DNA of 15,941 bases from Paramicrosporidium saccamoebae KSL3 (taxonomy: Eukaryota; Fungi; Cryptomycota), in NCBI GenBank assembly GCA_002794465.1, contig MTSL01000126.1, positions 1 through 15,941 on the forward strand, written 5' to 3'. The notes below the pieces were generated by a model, which was not told the origin of the DNA, did not search any database, and worked only from the letters and a program-made list of their open reading frames with translations. Of this stretch, positions 8,896 through 15,941 are shown one piece after another; position 1 is the stretch's first letter; every line of letters begins with the position of its first letter. Made by a program: the position numbers and the translations under genes.

Positions 8896-10396
8896 ATGGA
8901 AGAAGAGAACAGTCTTCAAGTGTCGGCAAAGCTGCTTCAATGCGTATTTTCTTGCATCGCCTATATACGGTAACCACGACCATCACGCCTAACATTAGGG
9001 AATTCTTCCCAGACGAAAACTTTCGAGATGATCGCTTTGAAGGAATGTCATTAAAAAGAATCGTCCGCGGTGTTAATCCACATGCCGACCGCCTGCTTGA
9101 CTGGATTGAAAAGGGTTGCTATGATGCGTTGTTGAAAAAGTATCTTGAGACTGTGACCGTCGGCATCTTTACCGATCCTGACAAGCCCAATGTGATACTG
9201 GAATCTTACACTCTGGCAGTTTCATATCCGTCCTCCCGCGAACATGAGATGCTTCGTTCCATGCGTGACGTATCTGCTAGTATGACTGTCCAGATTGGCG
9301 CCCAAAGTACAGAAATCTCTGCAGGCAAGGGCACGTTTGCACAGCAAATCACCAAGATCCTACGCACATTGTGTGTAATGCTGCAGACCCTGAAGCCTCT
9401 CCCTGACAAAAAGCATGCCAGTATGCAAGTTACATATTACGACGAGCTTACGCCCTCTGACTATGAACCGCCTGGTTTTGTGGGAACAGTGTTTGATGTG
9501 CAGTATTTGTTCGAAAAGCCGACCTTGAAGCACGACTTTGGCGTGGCCGAATCGAATCACCATCGCATTGGGGTAGGATTGGAGACTGCAGTTGTGGCAC
9601 AGGAAGCAACCAACGAGGCTGAAAGTGTTCCGGAACAGATGGCAGACATTATCGACACCGCCCCCACATTAACCATATCTCAGGCTATTGGAAACAGAGA
9701 TCTGACTCTGGAAACAATTGGTACACAATCTTTGCTTCCTGATGTATTATAGTACCTGTCATGAAAAAAAAGAGCACCGAAATAGTTCCAGACGGAGAAG
9801 GCAAGGGTGAGAACAAGGTTGGCTGTCTTTGTGGCGATTCTGAATCAGACTTGGACATGATTCTGTGCGACAAGTGCCAGCTTTGGCAGCATACCCCATG
9901 CGCAGGGTATTGCACAAACAAGGATAAGCGCATTCCGGATCAATACATGTGCTACAATTGTCAGTATCACAACAACAAGAAGCTACTCAGAAACCTCCAG
10001 GAGCTGTCGTCATTCCGACGCGCCATCTCGGTAGTGTTCTCCGAGGGGCTCATCAGTATTGCCTGGTTTTCGAAGCGCCTTGGTATGCACTTGGATTTGA
10101 AATAGTTATTTTTAGGTTGTGGTGTGGCAAAAGCCTCGAAATTAATCCGCCGCCTTGAGGGAGAAGGACTTGTCAGCAAGCCAAATAGCCAGATCCGCAC
10201 CTACTCGTATATGGTCCACAAGACGCCCGAGGCAAAGGAAAAGATTCGATACTTTTTTGGACTCGACCTGTCCGTATTCCCCGAACTCATGGGATTATTA
10301 AAGGGAGGAAACGTGTCTCCTAAGCGACCGATCAGACCCTCTATGCCTGCCAAGCGTCGCAAGAGTGTCTCTTATGAAAAAGTGTCATGCCATTAG
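8896..10396 (+). CDS. HOP1: Meiotic axis protein Hop1 (HORMA + PHD + winged helix + closure motif; 468 aa); exons 8896-8969, 8999-9720, 9753-10082, 10116-10396
   Basis: HORMA: SCIAYIREFFPDENF, LLDWIEKGCYDALLKKYL, ILESYTLAVSY, MQVTYYDELTPSDYEPPGF. PHD: CLCG..MILCDKCQLWQHTPC..CYNC. Helix-turn-helix: FSKRLGCGVAKASKLIRRLEGEGLV. C-terminus PAKRRKSVS resembles the yeast Hop1 closure motif (PAKIRKISVS). Introns are 29, 32 and 33 nt. Confidence 0.92.
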
Positions 10397-10493
10397 CGGC
10401 TTCAAATCGGTATTGTGTTGTTAGCGGATTAGGGATCCAGAGCCATGTGAGTTAGTCTATGACAAACCAGGAATTTAAATAAAAGGGCCCGTA

Positions 10494-10619
10494 TGTCGCG
10501 TGGTGGGGATAAATAGTATGGATACACATTTCAGTTTCCTCAAGTACCCAGCAAAGCGATCCACTCTAGCATACAAATACCCAACTAATCAATCCTCTGC
10601 CTCTGCCTCTACGTCGCAC
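10494..10619. repeat. Fragments shared with the 6374-6836 gap and with the 3' end of the 145-bp repeat
   Basis: 10494-10512 tgtcgcgtggtggggataa vs 6507-6525 tgtcgcgtagtggggataa (18/19). acacatttcagttt at ~10524 vs acacattttcagttt at ~6458. 10585-10619 ctaatcaatcctct[gcctctgcctct]acgtcgcac vs 135-157 ctaatcagtcctctacgtcacac. Confidence 0.7.
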
Positions 10620-10693
10620 GTACACACCGTATTGTGGATAACCAAAACACCACGACTAATTGGGTACGGCTTATTTGTACTTGTAAGCGCAAC

Positions 10694-11081
10694 TCACAAT
10701 GCCGGTTTATTCTCCTGTGCAGACTTTTTCTTCATTCTCTTGGCCCTTCGTTTGGCAGTCTTGTCCTCCAATATCTTTTTAATATCCTCTCTCTTTGTCC
10801 TGTATTCCTCCTCCTCCATTTCCTACACCAACGTTAGCTCTCCCAGCCGTCTCTACCTTTTGACGCATCTTTGTAGTATGGTCGAGACGGTCAATGTCGC
10901 GTTGACTTCCCCATCGTCCCGAACTATAGCTGGCAACCTCGCTTACATGCGCGTTGCCAGGATTCTTTGGTTTCTTTGAGCGCTTCGCAAATGGGTCTTC
11001 CTGTCGTCGTTTCGCTTCTCGGAGACGCTCTTCAGCCTTTTCTCCCGTCGGGTCGTTTCCTTCCAACACGGACAGGTCCAT
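10694..11081 (-). CDS. Small charged coiled-coil protein, PRKRIP1/DUF1168-like (divergent); exons 11081-10857, 10822-10694
   Basis: A 34-nt intron (GTAGAG..GCTAAC..TAG) gives ...RDIDRLDHTTKMRQK-EMEEEEYRTKREDIKKILEDKTAKRRAKRMKKK, resembling the PRKRIP1 EEQTAKRRKKRQK helix. The [14 protein letters not shown] core is only weakly matched, and the C-terminus is uncertain (possible GTGAGT donor at the stop). Confidence 0.5.
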
Positions 11082-11128
11082 CCTGGGGTCTATAACAAAT
11101 CGTGTATTAGCTTCTACTATGTTACGAC

Positions 11129-12457
11129 CTAATTACGGGGACGCTTGGACTGGTGTGTAAAATCACCATCCGTATTGTATGACTTGCTGGGTTTGCTCAT
11201 GTCGTGTTTCTTTGGCGCTGGCTTTGCCTTCATCGGACCTGCGAAGCCACCCTTTGAGGTGCTCTCCAACTGGCGCAATCTCTCCTCCACCTTGATGCGG
11301 TTCTGGATGCCAATTTCGGGAGTATCTTTATCGCCGAGAGCATCTGCACGCACAGCCAAGCTGGTCTTGGCGGCGAGAACACGACTGATTTTTCCCTTTA
11401 GTTTGGGGGCAGCCTGACCAACGAGAGAGGCATGGTAGATGAGACCGTATTTGGGAGTGTCATGCTTAGTCTTTAATGCACGGAAGAGGGCCTTTTCGGC
11501 ACCGAGGATTTGAACGGTACTGGCGGGATATTTGGCCAAGCTCATGAGGGAACCGGCGCGGGAGATGAGACGCGCACCAACCAGCTCACCAACCATGGCA
11601 GTGAGATTGGGAGCAATAGCCATCATTCTGTTCTTCAAATACTCGTACAGCTCCGTGCGGTATTCCGACACGGCAATAATCTGGTCAGCAAGAGCATCAA
11701 TATTAGTCAGATCCTCGTCACTAATCTCGGTTCCCATGGAAATTTCTGCAGCCTGCTTCACCTCATCCACAAGAGTCTCGGGGAGGACGGTGGAGAGATC
11801 GATGCTGGAAGTGTTGGTGCGGAAACCGATCACCTTGACGACACGTGCAAACGCGACACTGTCAACGACAATACGGGCGAGTTCGGGGAAATGCCAGCCG
11901 TACCATTCCTTCAGACGCATGCAATAGGTGTTGAGCTCCTTGTCCAAGTCGTCCAACAAGGAGACAGCCTGGATAATCATAGTGTCAACTTTGTCAGAGG
12001 AGAAACGCAACTTGTAGCGAGAAAGAGAATGAGACAGACCAAGAGCCATGGCATGCATGTCATTCTCCTCCAGTCCCTCCACCAGCTCGTTAAGCTGTCC
12101 GCGAATACCGCGGAACAGCTCTTGCACAGAAGAATCGGCAACAACTTGCAGACCCAACTTTTTCACAATGTGTGAGCCAAGCTTGCTATCCGCCACGGCC
12201 AGAGTCTCGCCCTCCTCGACGCTCTTCTTGAGGAATTTCTTCAAGTCCTTTGCCATCTTGCCCTCCAACAGCGAAGCTGCAGACTCGAGCGCCTTGGCGG
12301 TATTATCGAATTTGCTAAAGGCGGTCAGCTTGACCATTTTGCGTGCATCCTTGATAGTTTCAAATTCCTTGTGCAAGTCTTCGGGTTTTTCGAGCTTACC
12401 GTCCTTTAGGACCTTGAAAAGAGCATAGCCAGCAGCAGTCTCATACAGCACCAGCAT
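11129..12457 (-). CDS. NOP58: Box C/D snoRNP protein Nop58 (442 aa, intronless)
   Basis: Starts MLVLYETAAGYALFKV. Also ALGLSHSLSRYKLRFSSDKVDTMIIQA, LKEWYGWHFPEL, and Nop domain LAKYPASTVQILGAEKALFRALKTKHDTPKYGLIYHAS. Confidence 0.96.
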   Translation of the reverse strand: MLVLYETAAGYALFKVLKDGKLEKPEDLHKEFETIKDARKMVKLTAFSKFDNTAKALESAASLLEGKMAKDLKKFLKKSVEEGETLAVADSKLGSHIVKKLGLQVVADSSVQELFRGIRGQLNELVEGLEENDMHAMALGLSHSLSRYKLRFSSDKVDTMIIQAVSLLDDLDKELNTYCMRLKEWYGWHFPELARIVVDSVAFARVVKVIGFRTNTSSIDLSTVLPETLVDEVKQAAEISMGTEISDEDLTNIDALADQIIAVSEYRTELYEYLKNRMMAIAPNLTAMVGELVGARLISRAGSLMSLAKYPASTVQILGAEKALFRALKTKHDTPKYGLIYHASLVGQAAPKLKGKISRVLAAKTSLAVRADALGDKDTPEIGIQNRIKVEERLRQLESTSKGGFAGPMKAKPAPKKHDMSKPSKSYNTDGDFTHQSKRPRN

Positions 12458-12515
12458 TTCCGAAATAAATTTTATGACCAGGGTCAAAGTTATACTGTGA
12501 GGTAAGGGCCGATCG

Positions 12516-12556
12516 GTGGATGGGTGACTAGTGGGATAGGTGGTTAGTGGATGGGT
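12516..12556. promoter_or_regulatory. Paired GTGGATGGGT (ACCCATCCAC) motif upstream of NOP58
   Basis: Identical 10-mers at 12516-12525 and 12547-12556, 60-100 bp upstream of the NOP58 ATG. Function is inferred. Confidence 0.35.
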
Positions 12557-12670
12557 AACCTGTCAATAAATGCACTATTAATTCCGAGTTTGAAAATTTC
12601 TTGGATCCCTTGGTAGCCCTAGAAAAGGCAGTGTGTAACCTAGTTATGAGGTGTGCAGTAAAGATTTTCG

Positions 12671-12763
12671 ATATCTGGTTTGTAATTTACAAATATATTC
12701 TCTTGTAATCCCAATATTCTTAATATCTGGTTTGTAATCCACAGACCCGCCCCCTCGTAATCC
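12671..12763. repeat. 16-bp direct repeat atatctggtttgtaat x2 plus GTAATCC x3 upstream of NDUFV2
   Basis: Repeat copies at 12671-12686 and 12723-12738; GTAATCC at 12705, 12734 and 12757. Confidence 0.75.
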
Positions 12764-12824
12764 TAATAGAGACCTTTTATCCCTGGTTTCGGAGATATAT
12801 TCCCCCCATATCCACACCTACAAC

Positions 12825-13596
12825 ATGTCATTGCTTGGCCGAGCATGTCGCCGTTTAAATGTTCCCTGTGGTCGGCGCTTATATTCAGACAAGCTGTTCA
12901 TTGTGCATCTCCCAAGGTAATCTTATCCTGTAGCATCGCGACTCTCCCGAAAACAATCCCTCAATTCCATTTGCCTTTTCGGCGGAGAATGCTAAACGGG
13001 CAGCCCAAATCATTGCCCGCTATCCTCCGCAATATAAAAAGGCTGCCGTCATTCCATTGTTGCATGTGGGACAGAAGCAGCTTGGCTGGACGAGTATTTC
13101 TGTCATGAATGAGGTAGCACGTCTCCTTGAGATGCCGCCCATGCGCGTCTACGAGGTTGCAACCTTTTACACAATGTTCAATCGTGAGCCAGTGGGCAAA
13201 TATTTTCTGCAAGTCTGCACAACAACGCCGTGTGAAGTGTGCGGTGTGGAAGAGGTGCTAGATGCGATCAAGAGGGAGTTGGGTGTGGAAGTGGGCGGGA
13301 CGACTGAGGACGGAATGTTCACGCTGGTAGAAGTCGAATGTGCAGGTGCCTGTGTCAATGCTCCGGTCCTCGCAATCAACGAAGACTATTATGTATATGG
13401 AAGCTACACATTTCCTAATTTGTAGGAGGATTTGACGCCAGAATCTGCAGTTGCCCTTATTAAGGATCTACGCGCAGGAAAAACACCCAAGGCTGGACCT
13501 CAGTCCAAACGAGATAGCTGCGAGCCAGCCCACGGACTGACTTCCTTGACAGGAGAACCTCCGGGCCCAGGATTTAGGGTTCGCTCCGATTTATAA
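12825..13596 (+). CDS. NDUFV2: NADH:ubiquinone oxidoreductase 24-kDa subunit (complex I, 2Fe-2S; 235 aa with presequence); exons 12825-12902, 12934-13392, 13426-13596
   Basis: Arg-rich N-terminal presequence; [36 protein letters not shown], Fe-S ligands CTTTPC and [11 protein letters not shown]-terminal [19 protein letters not shown]. Introns are 31 and 33 nt. Confidence 0.97.
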
Positions 13597-13604
13597 ACCT
13601 TTAT

Positions 13605-14044
13605 TCACCATTTTAATGTCGGATCCACCTTGTATTTTTCATAATCCTCCTTCTTAAAATACGAGATCTCTGTTTCGTTTCTGAAGCCGAGATCATACAA
13701 GGGAGTGCTATAGTTGGCTAGGACTAGTGCCTCGTCACCACCAAGATTGATCATAGGGTTGTTAGTCTGCCAGTATTAGTACGACGCACACGTCCTACCT
13801 TTGCACCATGTGCCTGATAATACATCTTGAAGGTATCAAAAAGACACTGTTCATACTGCTTCAAGCCAGGAGTCGTCCGTATCCCTAAATTATGAATGGC
13901 TACGCAGTTGCTACGCTCCCAAACCATAGCGCGCAGTGTATCAAGTGTGGCCGTGTGTAGGTCCACATTTTGAAAGACGAGCGACCGAAAGTTTTTGTAC
14001 TCAAACGACTTTATAATCCGTACTGTAACAGTCGCTCCCTCCAT
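13605..14044 (-). CDS. UPF0538 / C2orf76-family protein (125 aa); exons 14044-13915, 13884-13799, 13766-13605
   Basis: TVTVRIIKSFEYKNFR, FDTFKMYYQAHGAK-TNNPMINL, NETEISYFKKEDYEKYKVDPTLKW match the family pattern. Introns are 30 and 32 nt. Confidence 0.9.
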
Positions 14045-14067
14045 TAGCTTGCTATAAGAAAAATCTA

Positions 14068-14742
14068 TTATATTAACTTATTCAGGGCCTGGCGGAAGGG
14101 CGTAGGCACAATGTCTGATACTTCACGGCGAGTCAGTGGTTGGCTGCTGGATTTCCTCAGTCGTGGAACAGACTTGAGCTTCAACTCTGCATATAACATG
14201 GCCGGTGTACCGCCATCGGAAAAATGGTCCAAGATTGATGATCCCTCTCTTGTTGTGCCTGAGGGTATCCTCCACCAGGAATCCTTCATGCCGATGTTGA
14301 ATGTGGTCCAAGATGGGTAACCAATGGGCCGTTGTTTGCGAATTGACATTTGCTGCTCAAGGTATGTAGCCACGTGCTTGTTGCCCGAGGTAGCAGCAAT
14401 CTGAACTGCAGAGACGCCGTCCCAATCATAGAGGAAGGGATCAGCACCTGCGTTTAGAAGAATCCGGATCAATCTGACAGTGCCCCTGACTGAGGCCAAG
14501 TGCAAGGGAAATGTCCATTGCTCGCGGGAAGCCGGTCGACTGGCATCTGCTCCCTTTTTCAGCAACAGCTCCACCATTTCGTAGTGATCATGGAAGATGG
14601 CGGCGTGTAGGGGAGTAAAGCCGTGTCGATTAAAGGCATTTAGCTTTTCAATTCTATCATCCTCTGCCATTGCCGACAGAGTCCTTCCCATTTCACGCAC
14701 CCTTCCTGCCGATGCCACTGAGTGTAATCCGCTCATTTGCAT
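14068..14742 (-). CDS. Ankyrin-repeat protein (~3 repeats plus an unassigned C-terminal region)
   Basis: GFTPLHAAIFHDHYEMVELLLKKGAD, FPLHLASVRGTVRLIRILLNAGADP, GVSAVQIAATSGNKHVATYL. Single 224-aa frame; the start may be 14742 or 14736. Confidence 0.85.
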   Translation of the reverse strand: MQMSGLHSVASAGRVREMGRTLSAMAEDDRIEKLNAFNRHGFTPLHAAIFHDHYEMVELLLKKGADASRPASREQWTFPLHLASVRGTVRLIRILLNAGADPFLYDWDGVSAVQIAATSGNKHVATYLEQQMSIRKQRPIGYPSWTTFNIGMKDSWWRIPSGTTREGSSILDHFSDGGTPAMLYAELKLKSVPRLRKSSSQPLTRREVSDIVPTPFRQALNKLI

Positions 14743-14794
14743 CCGCCGTCCCGTCGGCTTCGGGTATTAGCCAACACGTCTGACTCGGAACAAT

Positions 14795-14826
14795 CGGATT
14801 GGACCGGAATGAAATTGACCAATCAG
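14795..14826. promoter_or_regulatory. Opposed CCAAT boxes in the ankyrin / MAPK divergent gap
   Basis: GATTGG at ~14797 and GACCAATCAG at 14817-14826. Motif match only. Confidence 0.35.
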
Positions 14827-14887
14827 AATCCAAGGCTCTGGGTAATCGCAAATTTGTTGCAGCTGAGCCCCTACCGGCTTGCCTGGA

Positions 14888-15941
14888 ATGAATCCGTCTG
14901 GAGAGTACAGCGAAGATTTGGATAATGAACTTACGGATGAGAGTGACGATGAGGTTTTCGGATTGCCAGAGCGATATGTTGAGATGTGCACTGTGGGCAA
15001 TGGCGGCTATGGGTCAGTATTGTAAGAGATTGCTGGTTAGGGGTAAAGTTTAGGATGGCCAAAGATTCTGTGAGGGGGGCGATGGTGGCGGTTAAGCGAA
15101 TATTGTCTCCGTTCAGTTCCCAGGGAAGGGCTAAATGTTGTTATCGGGAGCTCCATCTGCTGCGATGTCTCTCCCATCCCAACGTACCAGCTCGGCTAAT
15201 ACCATGCTCAATCGTAGTTGATTCCTCTTCACGATGCCTTTCTAGACGAATCTGGCTGTGACTTGTATGTTTTTCCATGTCCAGTCACTGATTGTGTTGC
15301 AGATTTATTGTCACTGACTACATCCAAAGTGACTTGCGTTGTTTGCTAGCAACAAATCGATTGCTTTCCCTGCCAAGGATACGGCGGATAATGTTCCAAC
15401 TGATGCAGGTTCTCTCTTATATGCATGCCCACGGTATTGTACATCGTGATCTTAAACCCGAAAACATTCTGTTATCAACACACCAGGATGAGCTTAAAGT
15501 ATGCGATTTAGGCCTAGCAAGACACGCGGACGAGGAAATGACGGGATATCTTGCCACCCGCTACTACCGCGCACCCGAGTTTATGCTCACTTGGAGGACA
15601 TATGGGGCACCTGTTGATGTTTGGTCTGCCGGCTGCATCCTGGCGGAGCTAGCCACTGGGAGAGTGTTGTTTCCCGGAGTGGATCATGTGCATCATATTC
15701 GCTTAATTATTTCACTCATTGGCAGTCCTCCAGAAACTGTCCTCTCGCGGATCTGTAGCCTTCCCACGAGACAGTACTTGTCCCTCCTTCCCCACATGGA
15801 GCCGACCGACTTTTCTGTATTCCAGGATCGGTTGACAGCTGTTGGCGTAGATCTGCTTCGCAAGATGCTAGAATTCGACCCAATGGTGCGGATATCACCG
15901 ACTGAGGCACTGCAGCATCCGTTCTTCAGCGAATGTCCAAA
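14888..15941 (+). CDS. HOG1: Hog1/p38-like stress MAP kinase, 3' end beyond the window; exons 14888-15021, 15054-15183, 15218-15264, 15303->15941
   Basis: GNGGYGSV loop, VAVKRILSPF, YRELHLL, HRDLKPEN, activation loop [20 protein letters not shown] (TGY, as in Hog1 [20 protein letters not shown]), DVWSAGCILAEL, EALQHPF. Introns are 32, 34 and 38 nt. Confidence 0.88.

Noticed and set aside
8477-8995. Minus-strand frame of ~170 codons broken by one TGA at 8756-8758 (readthrough or selenocysteine idea)
   Set aside because: No homology or SECIS-like structure seen, the upstream part is antisense to HOP1, and UGA is used as a normal stop elsewhere in the window.
12500-12560. Resemblance to the 3' half of 5S rRNA (ggtaagggcc...tgggtgac; tggttagt..ggatggg..acc)
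   Set aside because: No matching 5' half, no convincing terminal helix and no T-run terminator; better explained by the short direct repeat. An Rfam RF00001 scan would settle it.
1805-14887. Microsporidian-type CCC/GGG motif within 30 nt of most ATGs
   Set aside because: Present before most starts, but at ~50% GC such triplets are expected by chance in more than half of 30-nt windows; not significant with 14 genes.
14809-14925. Upstream ATG and a 21-nt GT-AG segment as an extra MAPK exon
   Set aside because: Removing 21 nt leaves it out of frame with the kinase, and the size is below all supported introns. At most a uORF.
1148-15910. The many overlapping or antisense ORFs in the track (e.g. 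1529-1897, 2993-3535, 10500-10979, 11510-12175, 12048-12428)
   Set aside because: They are shadows of real genes on the other strand or frame, with no recognisable motifs.

Overview
This window is eukaryotic, not prokaryotic. It is very gene-dense nuclear DNA in the standard genetic code, so most supplied ORFs are exon fragments or antisense shadows. Splicing by hand gives one tRNA-Leu(CAA) and 14 protein genes, in order: PCID2/CSN12, LSM1, RED/IK, TPC1, PRMT5, mago nashi, a bHLH-PHD fusion, HOP1, a PRKRIP1-like gene, NOP58, NDUFV2, UPF0538, an ankyrin-repeat gene, and a Hog1-like MAPK cut by the window end. They carry 20 GT-AG introns of only 28-38 nt, and gaps between genes go down to 8-55 bp. 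This pattern plus retention of complex I suggests a compacted early-diverging fungal relative (Rozellomycota, Paramicrosporidium-like); that is inference only. The least explained signals are a family of dispersed non-coding repeats in the few long gaps (a 145-bp copy pair at 12-156 and 6596-6740, plus fragments near 10.5 kb), the bHLH-PHD fusion protein, an 11-aa tandem duplication in PRMT5, and a concentration of RNA-processing genes. I found no CRISPR array, transposase or other prokaryotic system.
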